A stretch of DNA of 63,700 nucleotides, the filler included. It is 6 parts of 6 records of this genome, joined end to end, with 100 filler letters (N's around TTAATTAATTAA, not from the genome) between each part and the next. Parts side by side here need not be neighbours in the genome. Positions count along the whole stretch, not along the records: positions 29,318 to 43,526 come from SRR31156797_2380; positions 43,627 to 50,716 come from SRR31156797_2381; 4 more parts are not named here. The stretch is one strand, 5' to 3'. The stretch's first letter is position 1, and each line of letters begins with the position of its first letter. A model generated the notes under the pieces. That model was not told the DNA's origin and made no database searches. It saw only the letters and a list, made by a program, of their open reading frames with translations. The position numbers and the translations under genes were made by a program. Below are positions 30,132 to 44,854 of the stretch, piece after piece.

Positions 30132-31589
30132 CTAGCTACGCCAGAAAGTTGGTGTTAACAAAATGAGTAAGGTAAATATTTCTAAGCGACCAAACAACAT
30201 CGAAACAATAAGAACCCACTTAGCGCCATCATTAATGTCAGCAAAGTGCACCGCGACTTCACCCAGCCCAGGGCCTAAGTTATTCAATGTAGCCGCCACT
30301 GCTGAGAAGGCACTTAACTCATCCATACCAGTCGCGATGACCGCCAGCATACAAACGACAAAGACTAAAGCGTATGCCGAGAAGAATCCCCACACCGCAT
30401 CAACAACTCGTTGTGATAGCGCACTGTCACCCAACTTGATGGAGTAAATAGCTCTTGGGTGAACCAGACGTTTCATTTCACGAGCGCCTTGTAGTGTCAG
30501 CAAAAACACTCGAATCACTTTCATCCCGCCACCGGTAGAGCCAGCACATCCACCGATGAAGGAAGAGAATAAGAGCAGAACCGGAAGAAACAGTGGCCAC
30601 TCAGAAAAGCCAGTAGTGGTAAAACCTGCGGTTGTTGATATCGAAACCGTTTGGAAGATAGCCTGATCAAAGGCGTCATAATAAGAATCATAAGTATGAT
30701 GTTTCAATAACATCAGGAAGCAAATTCCAAACAGCAGAATCTGGATAACAACAAAAGCGCGAAACTCTGGGTCTTTCCAATAATATTTAGGATGAACACC
30801 ACCCGTAGCCCAAGCAGCATAGTGCAAAGTGTAGTTACACGCTGAAATTAACAAGAAAACGACGGTAATAAGGTTGATGGCGTAACTATCAAAATATCCC
30901 ATACTCGCATCGTGGGTAGAAAAGCCTCCGATTGCGATAGTGGAGAAGCTATGACAAATTGCATCGAATGCTGTCATTCCTGCTAACCAAAATGCAGTGG
31001 CGCAGGCAACGGTTAAGCTAAGATAGATATACCAAAGTGCTTTCGCGGTTTCAGCGATACGAGGCGTCACCTTGTTATCCTTAACCGGCCCCGGAACTTC
31101 AGCTCGATAAAGCTGCATACCACCGATACCCAAAACAGGAAGTATCGCTACCGCTAATACGATGATACCCATACCACCAAACCATTGCAGGAACTGGCGG
31201 TAAAACAAGATCGCTTTTGGCAACTCATCTAAACCAACGATAACCGTCGCCCCGGTAGTTGTGAGTGCCGAAAAAGATTCAAAAAAAGCGTCTGTGACTG
31301 AGACATTCGGGTTATCAGAGAGCAGAAATGGCATCGCCCCTGCACTACCGATTACCGTCCAGAACAACACCACAATCAAAAAGCCATCGCGAGACTTTAA
31401 CTCGTGGCGATGACGACGATTAGGAAACCACAGCAATCCACCAAAAAACAAAAGGGCAAAAAATGTCGAAACAAAAGGTACACCCGCACCGTCGCGATAA
31501 ATTAAAGCGACTAACGCCGGAGCTAACATTGAAACACTAAACAAGGCGAGCAAAAGCCCGACAATTCGAATAATTGAACGAAATTGCAT
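30132..31589 (-). CDS. trkH: Trk potassium uptake membrane protein
   Basis: FESFSALTTTG, GGCAGSTGGG and LFGRLE motifs. Confidence 0.96.
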   Translation of the reverse strand: MQFRSIIRIVGLLLALFSVSMLAPALVALIYRDGAGVPFVSTFFALLFFGGLLWFPNRRHRHELKSRDGFLIVVLFWTVIGSAGAMPFLLSDNPNVSVTDAFFESFSALTTTGATVIVGLDELPKAILFYRQFLQWFGGMGIIVLAVAILPVLGIGGMQLYRAEVPGPVKDNKVTPRIAETAKALWYIYLSLTVACATAFWLAGMTAFDAICHSFSTIAIGGFSTHDASMGYFDSYAINLITVVFLLISACNYTLHYAAWATGGVHPKYYWKDPEFRAFVVIQILLFGICFLMLLKHHTYDSYYDAFDQAIFQTVSISTTAGFTTTGFSEWPLFLPVLLLFSSFIGGCAGSTGGGMKVIRVFLLTLQGAREMKRLVHPRAIYSIKLGDSALSQRVVDAVWGFFSAYALVFVVCMLAVIATGMDELSAFSAVAATLNNLGPGLGEVAVHFADINDGAKWVLIVSMLFGRLEIFTLLILLTPTFWRS

Positions 31590-31623
31590 TGATTAACAAA
31601 AATGAAGCCGAGCTTCCAAGTTC

Positions 31624-32256
31624 CTAATTATTGTTTAAATCGGTGACCACAATTTTGGCACCGCTTCGATTAATGATAGTTTGCGTGAAATCTTCAACAT
31701 GAAGAACTTCGAGCTCTACACTCAACTCCACATTAGAACCGTACTGAGCATCAACTTCTGTCGCATCAAACTGTTTGATTATAGATTGCGCCAATGGGAC
31801 TAAGCCGTAGTCTAAACTTAGGTGTAAAATTGTGGTGATTTTTTTCTCAATAGTTTGAAGCAGCTTAAGAGCTTGTTGCACCCCGCCGCCATATGCCTTG
31901 ACTAACCCACCGGTTCCAAGCCGAATTCCACCATAATAGCGGGTGACCACTGCGGAGATCTCACCCACGCCAGAACCAGACAATTGTGCCAATATCGGTT
32001 TGCCAGCAGTGCCTGAAGGCTCTCCATCATCACTGAACCCCCACAACATCGAATCATTCGGCCGCCCTGCGACAAATCCCCAACAATTATGCCTTGCGTC
32101 AGAATGCCTCTCTTTTATTTGATCGACAAACAGCTTGGCCGCATCACTACTTGGTGTATGAGCTAGATAAGTAATAAAAAGGCTCTTTTTTATCTCTTCT
32201 TCAAAGACAACTGGCGCAGCAGGGATCAAATAAGGCTGAACGTTCATAAATTCCAC
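31624..32256 (-). CDS. yigZ: IMPACT/YigZ family protein
   Basis: SDDGEPSGTAG and RYYGGIRLGTGGLVKAY motifs. Confidence 0.93.
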   Translation of the reverse strand: MEFMNVQPYLIPAAPVVFEEEIKKSLFITYLAHTPSSDAAKLFVDQIKERHSDARHNCWGFVAGRPNDSMLWGFSDDGEPSGTAGKPILAQLSGSGVGEISAVVTRYYGGIRLGTGGLVKAYGGGVQQALKLLQTIEKKITTILHLSLDYGLVPLAQSIIKQFDATEVDAQYGSNVELSVELEVLHVEDFTQTIINRSGAKIVVTDLNNN

Positions 32257-32327
32257 GAAATGACAAAAGTGGCTAAGTGTAACACGAGGTCAAAAACTAT
32301 GCTCAAGATTGGCACCAGCACACAATG

Positions 32328-32344
32328 TTAAACGCTTGTTTGAA
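32328..32344. promoter_or_regulatory. Putative PsrA-type operator upstream of fadBA
   Basis: TTAAACGCTTGTTTGAA resembles the AAAC-N4-GTTT PsrA dyad. Confidence 0.5.
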
Positions 32345-32385
32345 AAATGTATTGAAATTATTAATTCCGCCGTTCAAACTTAAAC

Positions 32386-32402
32386 CACTGGTCACACCAG
32401 AA
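32386..32402. promoter_or_regulatory. FadR operator
   Basis: CACTGGTCACACCAGAA closely resembles the FadR dyad CTGGTCnGACCAG and lies upstream of fadB. Confidence 0.75.
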
Positions 32403-32462
32403 ATCTAATACAACAAAAACTCTCACGCACAATCGTTCGGTTGTATGTCAAGGAGATAGACA

Positions 32463-35823
<3,361 letters not shown>

Positions 35824-35837
35824 TCACACCAAAAAGT

Positions 35838-35864
35838 AAATGCCAGCATATGCTGGCATTTTTT
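35838..35864. terminator. Bidirectional intrinsic terminator
   Basis: AAATGCCAGC-ATAT-GCTGGCATTT with A/T tails, between convergent genes. Confidence 0.8.
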
Positions 35865-36768
35865 ATTTCGCGTCTAGCCAGTCCTGATGGAGCTTTTCAC
35901 TGCTACCTAAGTATTCGACCATCCACTTGATCAAACGATGGTTATCATCTTTACGCCATACTAAACAACACTGACTCGATGGTTGTTCATCTGGCAGGAT
36001 TTTTTCAACCAATAGCCCGTCTTTAAGTAGCGGCATAGCGATATGACGTGGCATATGACCAACCCCTACCCCCAGCTTAAGACACTCGATTGCGCTATAC
36101 CAGTTAGGTAGCAATATTCTCCGTTGTTTCGAGTAATATCCGGTGTGCCTTTTTGGTAAAACATTCGAAGTATCATCAAGACAAACAGCAGGGAACTGGC
36201 TCACAACCTCTTCACTCAAATTAGGAAGTGATGCACAGGGATGGTTCGGTGACATAACAAATGCCCATTTTAACTCTCCCATATTTTTTACCTCAAAATC
36301 CCCTCCCACAGGAACGGCAGAGGTAGCTCCAATTACGATGTCAGCACGTTCTTGAGAAATCGCCTCCCACGAGCCATTAAACACTTCCATATTGATCTGC
36401 AGTTCCGCAAATTCAAATTGTTGATAAAAATCTTCGACCAGAGATTTAAGCTTATCGAGCTTGACGACGTTATCCAAAGTCAGCTTTAACGTTGACTGCC
36501 AACCGTGTGCAGCTCGGCGAGTTTGGGCATTGAGCTCTTCCATCTGTTTTAACAACACTCTTGCTTGAGAAATAAACACTTCGCCTGCTGGTGTCAGTTC
36601 AACTTTACGAGGTAAGCGACGAAACAGTAGCACATCCAGCTCCTGTTCAATCTGACGAACGTTATAACTAATGGCAGAAGGAACCTTGTGTAGCAACTCA
36701 GCCGCGGCAGTGAAACTGCCTAATCGAGCGACGGCATCTAACATTTCTAGTGATGATTTAGAGTACAC
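35863..36768 (-). CDS. punR: LysR-family regulator (PunR/YdhB-like)
   Basis: GSFTAAAELLHKVPSAISY HTH; divergent from a Bcr/CflA MFS gene. Confidence 0.8.
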   Translation of the reverse strand: MYSKSSLEMLDAVARLGSFTAAAELLHKVPSAISYNVRQIEQELDVLLFRRLPRKVELTPAGEVFISQARVLLKQMEELNAQTRRAAHGWQSTLKLTLDNVVKLDKLKSLVEDFYQQFEFAELQINMEVFNGSWEAISQERADIVIGATSAVPVGGDFEVKNMGELKWAFVMSPNHPCASLPNLSEEVVSQFPAVCLDDTSNVLPKRHTGYYSKQRRILLPNWYSAIECLKLGVGVGHMPRHIAMPLLKDGLLVEKILPDEQPSSQCCLVWRKDDNHRLIKWMVEYLGSSEKLHQDWLDAK

Positions 36769-36919
36769 CTACTTACCTTTCAAAAAATTTGATTCATAAC
36801 TGGAAATTTTATCGTTTTATTTTATAGAAATCGAAAAATAGAATAGCAGAGCAAAATAAATAGGGGTTGGCGCCAACTGATACTCACAAAAATTAATTAA
36901 AAAATTTGATTGGTTAATA

Positions 36920-38119
36920 ATGAAAATATCAAAATTACAACTCGTCTATCTTGCTTTACTATCAATGCTAGGTTTTGTCGCGACAGACATGTACTTGCCT
37001 GCTTTCAAAGAGATGGAAGGCTACTTTGCTACAGGCCCGGAACAAATAGCCCTATCTCTAACCATATTTCTGGTTGGAATGGCAGTTGGGCAACTGCTGT
37101 GGGGCTTAGCCTCCGACAAATTTGGCCATCGAAACACGCTTGCCGCGGGGTTAACTCTGTTTACCGTCGCTTCATTTGGACTCGTCTTTGCTGATCAAAT
37201 ATGGCAGTTGCTCACTTTACGCTTTATCCAAGCGATTGGCGTGTGCGCGCCAGCCGTCATTTGGCAAGCAATGGTGATAAAGCGGTACTCGCAGCAAAGC
37301 CAACAAATTTTTGCTTCCATCATGCCGTTAGTCGCGTTATCACCAGCTCTCGCACCTCAGCTAGGAGTGCTACTCGCAGATAGCTTTGGCTGGCACAGTA
37401 TTTTCGTGGTTTTAACCTTAATAGGTATAGCGTTAATAGTAGCCACAATCGCCCAACGTAATGAAAAGACAGAGACTAAACACACCAGTATCTCAAGTGA
37501 TATTAAGACACTACTCGCGTCAAAAGCGTATCTTGGCAATGTCATTATGTATGCGACAGCATCTGCGGCTTTCTTTGCCTACTTAACTGGCATGCCAGAG
37601 ATCATGGCTCAACTCGGCTATAGCGCAAAAGATATCGGGTTAAGCTTTATTCCACAGACTATCGCTTTTATGGTGGGCGGTTACCTAGGAAAAGTCGCTG
37701 TCAAAAAAGTGGGTGATGAGAAAGTACTTCGCCATTTAATCGGCCTATTTAGTGTCGCGTCACTGCTTATTTTTGTTGCCTCACAATGGCAGTTAGAATC
37801 CATTTGGCCAATTCTGACGCCATTTTGCTTAATCGCTATAGCCAACGGCGCTTTATATCCTGTTGTAGTTAACCGCGCATTAGCCAATGCTAAGCAGTCT
37901 CCCGCCACAGCCGCCGGGTTGCAAAACAGTCTACAGATCTGTGTAAGTAGTCTTTCAAGTGCATTAGTGGCAGCGATGGCAAGCCAAGCTCAGATGGTGA
38001 CAGGTATCGCTATCATTATCTGTATGGTCGGACTTTGGATTGGCTACGTGATTGCCAATCAGCAACTGACTAAGCATTTCACCACACCAGATAACTCTCG
38101 CGTTGTCAGTGATGAATAA
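36920..38119 (+). CDS. punC: Bcr/CflA-family MFS transporter (PunC/YdhC-like)
   Basis: ATDMYLPAF, LRFIQAIG and AAGLQN motifs; multi-TM MFS pattern. Confidence 0.8.
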   Translation: MKISKLQLVYLALLSMLGFVATDMYLPAFKEMEGYFATGPEQIALSLTIFLVGMAVGQLLWGLASDKFGHRNTLAAGLTLFTVASFGLVFADQIWQLLTLRFIQAIGVCAPAVIWQAMVIKRYSQQSQQIFASIMPLVALSPALAPQLGVLLADSFGWHSIFVVLTLIGIALIVATIAQRNEKTETKHTSISSDIKTLLASKAYLGNVIMYATASAAFFAYLTGMPEIMAQLGYSAKDIGLSFIPQTIAFMVGGYLGKVAVKKVGDEKVLRHLIGLFSVASLLIFVASQWQLESIWPILTPFCLIAIANGALYPVVVNRALANAKQSPATAAGLQNSLQICVSSLSSALVAAMASQAQMVTGIAIIICMVGLWIGYVIANQQLTKHFTTPDNSRVVSDE

Positions 38120-38175
38120 TCGGTAAAAAAATAGCCCCCAGAAACTGGGGGCTAACTCATAATATAGTCGTTAAA

Positions 38176-39537
38176 TTACTTTTTCTTAACCGGTCGCTGC
38201 CAGCCAGAGACCTTCTTCTCTTTAGCGCGAGTGATGACTAACTCACCTTCAGCGACATTTTTGGTCAGTGTCGTACCCGCTCCAATTGTTGCACCATCAG
38301 CGATGGTTACCGGAGCCACCAGCTGACTGTCAGAGCCGACGAATACGTCGTTACCAATAATGGTTTTATGCTTGTTTGCACCATCGTAGTTACAAGTAAT
38401 CACCCCAGCGCCAACGTTAACACGTTGACCAATTTCAGCATCACCAATATAAGCTAAATGGTTGGCTTTCGAACCCTCGCCAATACAAGCGTTCTTCACT
38501 TCAACAAAATTACCGACATGTGCATCATTACGTAAATCAGCCCCTGGACGAAGACGAGTAAACGGACCTACCGTACAATCTTCACCAACGGTTGCGCCTT
38601 CAATCACACTGTAAGGACGAATCAATGTATTGTCGTCAATTTCACAATCTTTCAGTATTGAACCAGCACCGATAAATACGTTATCACCAATAGAGACGTT
38701 ACCTTCAATGATAACGTTCACATCAATTTCGACGTCCATACCACATTGAAGCTCACCACGAAGATCAAAACGCGCAGGGTCACGTAGCATAACGCCCTGC
38801 TCTAGAAGTTTGTTTGCTTGACGAGTTTGGAAAGCGCGCTCTAAACGAGCAAGTTGAATACGGTCGTTAACACCTTCAACCTCTATTGAACTCCCCGGAT
38901 GGACCGCTTCAACTGCACGGCCTTCATCATGCGCAGCGGCAATAACGTCCGTAAGGTAATATTCACCTTGAGCGTTATTATTATTTAGGCCAGATAGCCA
39001 GCGCTTTAGATCGCGTCCAGTAGCAACCATCACACCGGTATTAATTTCTTTAATCAGCTTCTGCTCTTCGGTTGCGTCTTTTTGCTCAACGATAGCGACT
39101 ACAGGACCGTTCTTACGCACAATACGTCCATAACCCGTTGGGTTATCCAGAACAACGGTTAATAGCGCAATACCATCATTAGGTTGCGCATCCAGTAAGT
39201 TCTCAATCGTTTCTTCAGAGATCAATGGAACATCACCGTAAAGAACGAGGATCTTCTCATCATCCTGAAAATGAGGGGACGCTTGATCAACTGCGTGACC
39301 GGTACCTAACTGATCCGCCTGCAAAACCCAGTTTACATTTTCTTCTGCTAGAGATTGTTTCATCTGATCACCGCCGTGACCGTAAACCAAATGAATATTC
39401 TGAGCCCCTAGGCTATTGCATGTGTCGATAACATGCTTGGCCATTGGCTTACCCGCAAGCGTATGCAGAACTTTGGGCATATTAGAGTGCATACGAGTAC
39501 CTTTACCCGCAGCAAGAATGACGGCGCTAAATTTCAT
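38176..39537 (-). CDS. glmU: Bifunctional UDP-GlcNAc pyrophosphorylase / glucosamine-1-P acetyltransferase
   Basis: [10 protein letters not shown] motif, hexapeptide repeats, position after atpC. Confidence 0.97.
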   Translation of the reverse strand: MKFSAVILAAGKGTRMHSNMPKVLHTLAGKPMAKHVIDTCNSLGAQNIHLVYGHGGDQMKQSLAEENVNWVLQADQLGTGHAVDQASPHFQDDEKILVLYGDVPLISEETIENLLDAQPNDGIALLTVVLDNPTGYGRIVRKNGPVVAIVEQKDATEEQKLIKEINTGVMVATGRDLKRWLSGLNNNNAQGEYYLTDVIAAAHDEGRAVEAVHPGSSIEVEGVNDRIQLARLERAFQTRQANKLLEQGVMLRDPARFDLRGELQCGMDVEIDVNVIIEGNVSIGDNVFIGAGSILKDCEIDDNTLIRPYSVIEGATVGEDCTVGPFTRLRPGADLRNDAHVGNFVEVKNACIGEGSKANHLAYIGDAEIGQRVNVGAGVITCNYDGANKHKTIIGNDVFVGSDSQLVAPVTIADGATIGAGTTLTKNVAEGELVITRAKEKKVSGWQRPVKKK

Positions 39538-39633
39538 GTTAAGCCTATATGTTAAATAACCAACTGATTGTATTTTAGCGGCTTACATGAGTGGTGTTAA
39601 TTGTTTGGCGTTAATTTCTGTCAAGAATAAAGC

Positions 39634-39662
39634 AAAAAAGGCGACCTAAGGTCGCCTTTTAT
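39634..39662 (-). terminator. Intrinsic terminator after atpC
   Basis: AAAAGGCGACC-TAA-GGTCGCCTTTT hairpin. Confidence 0.8.
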
Positions 39663-39680
39663 TAAAACGTGTTAACTTAA

Positions 39681-40103
39681 TTAACGACGTTTTTTAGTCA
39701 GCTCAATTACTCGTAGCTGAGCAATGGCTTTAGCCAGTTCACTGGCCGCTTGCGCGAAGTCCATATCACCATGCTGATTCTGAATTTTCTCTTCAGCACG
39801 ACGCTTGGCTTCTTGAGCCTTGGCTGTATCTAGATCTTCACCACGAATTGCAGTATCAGCCAGCACAGTCGCTGTACCAGGCTGAACTTCAACCATACCA
39901 CCAGAAACATAAATAATTTCTTCGTGGCCGTGTTGCTTCACTATACGTACCATACCAGGCTTGATAGCGGTCAGCAGCGGTGTGTGACCATGGAAAATAC
40001 CAAGTTCACCTTCGCTACCGGTCACCTGAAACGTTTCAACACGACCTGAGAAGATTTGCTTCTCTGCGCTCACAACGTCTAGATGAAAGGTTATTGCTGC
40101 CAT
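39681..40103 (-). CDS. atpC: ATP synthase epsilon subunit
   Basis: [17 protein letters not shown] motif. Confidence 0.97.
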   Translation of the reverse strand: MAAITFHLDVVSAEKQIFSGRVETFQVTGSEGELGIFHGHTPLLTAIKPGMVRIVKQHGHEEIIYVSGGMVEVQPGTATVLADTAIRGEDLDTAKAQEAKRRAEEKIQNQHGDMDFAQAASELAKAIAQLRVIELTKKRR

Positions 40104-40121
40104 ATCGCCTCCTAGTTAGCC

Positions 40122-41549
<1,428 letters not shown>

Positions 41550-41559
41550 TTACCTAAGC

Positions 41560-42426
41560 TTAAACCGCTGCTGCACCAGAAACGATTTCTGAAAGTTCTT
41601 GTGTAATCGCAGCCTGACGGGCTTTGTTGTACACAAGTTCTAAATCTTCAATCAAATTGGTTGCATTATCAGTTGCAGCCTTCATTGCAATCATTCGAGC
41701 CGCTTGCTCACAAGCAAGGTTCTCAACCACACCCTGATAAACCTGAGATTCTACGTAACGCACAAGAAGCGTATCCAGTAGAGGTTTTGGCTCAGGCTCA
41801 TAGATGTAGTCCCATGAATGCGGACGCTGCATCTCTTCGCTTTCCGATTTAGGCAAAGGTAGCAATTGATCGATCGTTGGTTGTTGAACCATAGTGTTTA
41901 CAAACTGGTTGTAAACAACATATAAGCGGTCCAATTCACCTTCATCGTATTTTTTCAACATTACGCCAACAGAACCGATCAGATCTTCAAGGCTTGGTGA
42001 ATCACCAAGGCCAGAAACCTGAGCAGCGACTTTTGCGCCACTGTTGTTAAAGAAAGCCGTTGCTTTAGAGCCGATAACTGCTAGCTCAACTTCAGCACCT
42101 TTTGCTTTCCATGCTTGCATATCTGTCACAGCTTTTTTGAACACGTTAATGTTCAAGCCGCCACACAAGCCTCGGTCTGTAGAAACGATGATATAACCAA
42201 CACGCTTAGCTTCACGCTCTGCTAGGTACGGATGACGGTACTCTAGGTTTGCGTTAGCCACATGACCGATCACTTTACGCATTGTTTCAGCATATGGACG
42301 AGAAGCTCCCATTGCGTCTTGAGAACGACGCATTTTTGAAGCTGCTACCATTTCCATCGCTTTCGTAATTTTCTGCGTGCTTTTAACACTACCGATTTTA
42401 TTACGTATCTCTTTTGCGCCGGCCAT
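41560..42426 (-). CDS. atpG: ATP synthase gamma subunit
   Basis: [19 protein letters not shown] and RQAAITQE motifs. Confidence 0.98.
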   Translation of the reverse strand: MAGAKEIRNKIGSVKSTQKITKAMEMVAASKMRRSQDAMGASRPYAETMRKVIGHVANANLEYRHPYLAEREAKRVGYIIVSTDRGLCGGLNINVFKKAVTDMQAWKAKGAEVELAVIGSKATAFFNNSGAKVAAQVSGLGDSPSLEDLIGSVGVMLKKYDEGELDRLYVVYNQFVNTMVQQPTIDQLLPLPKSESEEMQRPHSWDYIYEPEPKPLLDTLLVRYVESQVYQGVVENLACEQAARMIAMKAATDNATNLIEDLELVYNKARQAAITQELSEIVSGAAAV

Positions 42427-42469
42427 CGTTACTCTCCATTAGTTGGTGGCAGAAACCGCCACCTACTTA

Positions 42470-43526
42470 TTACCAAGTTTGGGTTGCTTTAAAATCGTCA
42501 GCCAGTTTCTTCAACTGAGCTTCAATTTCATCGTTGTAAGCACCCGTCTTGTCGATCTCAGCCGCAAAATCTGCGTACTGAGCGCGAGCATACGATAGTA
42601 GAGCCGCCTCAAAATCTAGAACTTTTTCAAGTTCTACATCATTTAGGTAACCACGCTCTGCAGCAAAGATAGTTAATGACTGGTCAAATACTGACATAGG
42701 AGCGTATTGTTTCTGCTTCATCAGTTCAGTAACTTTTTGACCGTGGTCTAACTGTCTCTTTGTTGCTTCATCAAGATCAGAAGAGAACTGAGCGAAAGCC
42801 GCTAGTTCGCGGTATGCAGCTAGTGCTGTACGGATACCACCTGATAGTTTCTTAATGATTTTCGTTTGCGCAGAACCACCTACACGAGATACTGAGATAC
42901 CTGGGTCAACCGCTGGGCGAACACCCGCGTTGAACAGCTCAGTCTGTAGGAAGATTTGGCCATCGGTAATCGAGATTACGTTTGTTGGTACGAATGCTGA
43001 AACGTCACCAGCTTGTGTTTCGATGATAGGTAATGCAGTTAAAGAACCTGTCTTACCTTTCACTTCACCTTTAGTGAAGTTTTCTACGTATTCTTCGTTA
43101 ACACGAGCAGCACGCTCTAGTAGACGAGAGTGGAGGTAGAAAACGTCGCCAGGGAATGCTTCACGGCCTGGTGGGCGTTTTAGTAGTAGAGAGATCTGAC
43201 GGTAAGCTACCGCTTGTTTAGATAGGTCATCATAAACAATTAGTGCGTCTTCACCGCGATCACGGAAGTATTCACCCATTGCACAACCAGCGTAAGGCGC
43301 TAGGTATTGAAGTGCCGCAGACTCAGATGCAGATGCAACAACAACGATAGTGTTCGCTAGTGCGCCGTGCTCTTCAAGTTTGCGTACTACGTTAGCAATA
43401 GTCGATGCTTTCTGACCGATAGCTACGTAGATAGAGAAAATACCAGAGTTTTTCTGGTTGATGATTGCATCGATCGCCATTGCTGTTTTACCAGTCTGAC
43501 GGTCACCGATGATAAGCTCACGCTGA
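42470..43526 (-). CDS. atpA: ATP synthase alpha subunit (5'-truncated)
   Basis: GDRQTGKT near the contig edge; [23 protein letters not shown]. Confidence 0.97.
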
Positions 43527-43626
43527 NNNNNNNNNNNNNNNNNNNNNNNNNNNNNNNNNNNNNNNNNNNNTTAATTAATTAANNNNNNNNNNNNNNNNNN
43601 NNNNNNNNNNNNNNNNNNNNNNNNNN
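43527..43626. other. Artificial contig spacer
   Basis: N run containing TTAATTAATTAA. Confidence 0.98.
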
Positions 43627-43627
43627 G

Positions 43628-43657
43628 GTTAAAATCAGACCTTAGAGGGATTGAAAC
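43628..43657 (+). CRISPR. Single 30-bp CRISPR direct repeat of methanogen type (no array visible in the contig)
   Basis: GTTAAAATCAGACCTTAGAGGGATTGAAAC. The 5' GTTAAAATCAGACC is typical of methanogen repeats; the 3' ATTGAAAC is the Cas6 handle of I-B/III repeats. One copy only, 1 nt from the contig edge. Confidence 0.75.
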
Positions 43658-43658
43658 C

Positions 43659-43721
43659 TGGCACGAAGTTTGGTCGAGAGTCGTAAAAGATATACCAGAG
43701 TTAGAATATATAAGAAAATAG
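43659..43721 (+). pseudogene. C-terminal fragment of a gene, possibly a viral head-morphogenesis (MuF-like) protein
   Basis: Reads WHEVWSRVVKDIPELEYIRK* and stops 10 nt before the next ATG. The family is inferred from context only. Confidence 0.4.
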
Positions 43722-43731
43722 GGATTGTGAC

Positions 43732-43968
43732 ATGACAGGCGGTATTTTATTGGATGATAGTACGGATTCTGAGATTCTATACAGCCCGGTCTGCACTTTT
43801 TGTAAGCATCTTCGTAGTCCTACCCTGAACCCCAATGGCACGAGTCACAACACATGTGATGCTTTTCCAGATGGGATTTCTGGTGAGATATGGAAAGGTG
43901 ACAACGACCATAGAAAACCTTACCATGGGGATAATGGAATTCAGTTTGAATCGCGTGGTAAACAATGA
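43732..43968 (+). CDS. Small Cys/His-rich protein, copy 1 (virus-associated type)
   Basis: 78 aa; CxxCxH...CDAFPDGI...DHRKPYHGDNGIQFE. Confidence 0.75.
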   Translation: MTGGILLDDSTDSEILYSPVCTFCKHLRSPTLNPNGTSHNTCDAFPDGISGEIWKGDNDHRKPYHGDNGIQFESRGKQ

Positions 43969-44138
43969 CCTTAATAATTCCTCAGTGTGACTATTGCAGT
44001 CACTACCGCGAGCATCAGAAATGTGATGCTTTCCCCGGAGGGATTCCTATGGACATCCTGTTAAATGAAGTAGATCACCATAAGCCATACAACGGTGACA
44101 ATGGAATTCAGTTTGAGAAACGGCTGAATGGTGGTTAA
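43965..44138 (+). CDS. Small Cys/His-rich protein, copy 2 (paralogue; not in the ORF track)
   Basis: 57 aa MTLIIPQCDYCSHYREHQKCDAFPGGIPMDILLNEVDHHKPYNGDNGIQFEKRLNGG; ATGA overlap with copy 1. Confidence 0.8.
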   Translation: MTLIIPQCDYCSHYREHQKCDAFPGGIPMDILLNEVDHHKPYNGDNGIQFEKRLNGG

Positions 44139-44139
44139 T

Positions 44140-44688
44140 ATGGATGCCGACGAGCGAATGCTTAGCGCTCTTCAAATGGAATTGGAGAGAGGGCGGGACA
44201 TCTATGACAAAGTTAAACATGTTTCCACCATTTCTGGTATACTAATTGGATTTATTTTAACTTCGTTGAGTTTATTACAGACACAAACAGAAGTGTTGTC
44301 ATCAATAAAAAATTCCACGCCTTTGTTTATATTGATTTCAGTGATATTGTTTATTGCTGGTCTTAGTGTTTATGTGTACATGGTGGTCGATTTTCAATAT
44401 TTTGTTGTTGAAAAGGAAGTAATCGAACGTATATATAACAACCAAAATACCGACCAGCTTGAGAATATCCAAGGCCAAAACAATAATAGACAACGGTATC
44501 TTGTTATTGGATTTGTAGCCTTCGTCGAAGGGCTTGTAGCATTGTTTGTAAGTATGGCAGGCATAATAGATGTTATGTTTGAGACTCCAAAATGTCTTTT
44601 TAACATCGTTTTTTGGTTAGGAATTATAGTAGGGACGGCTACTCTTTTTCTCGTTTATTTTAAAGTGTATAAGAGAATAGATGGGTAA
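44140..44688 (+). CDS. Hypothetical 4-TM membrane protein
   Basis: Four hydrophobic segments; GGTGG RBS before ATG 44140. Confidence 0.65.
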   Translation: MDADERMLSALQMELERGRDIYDKVKHVSTISGILIGFILTSLSLLQTQTEVLSSIKNSTPLFILISVILFIAGLSVYVYMVVDFQYFVVEKEVIERIYNNQNTDQLENIQGQNNNRQRYLVIGFVAFVEGLVALFVSMAGIIDVMFETPKCLFNIVFWLGIIVGTATLFLVYFKVYKRIDG

Positions 44689-44831
44689 CGCTCAGCAACC
44701 GCCACGGAGGTGGCTGACCTTTGGGTTGTAACCCACGAAATGCCATCATATGCCTTAAGGAACTCGTCGAGCGAGATAAAATCGAAGGTGTCATGAAAGG
44801 CTGAACATGGGGATTCAGGTTAAAAAAATAA
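44689..44831 (+). pseudogene. Degraded small winged-HTH gene
   Basis: SATATEVADL [frameshift] LGCNPRNAIICLKELVERDKIEGVMKG*TWGFRLKK reads as a wHTH with one frameshift and one stop. Confidence 0.55.
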
Positions 44832-44854
44832 ACAAAACCGCTCTGTTATTGCAT

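Noticed and set aside
43628-44200. A full CRISPR array
   Set aside because: Only one exact repeat; no regularly spaced copies and no cas genes in the contig.
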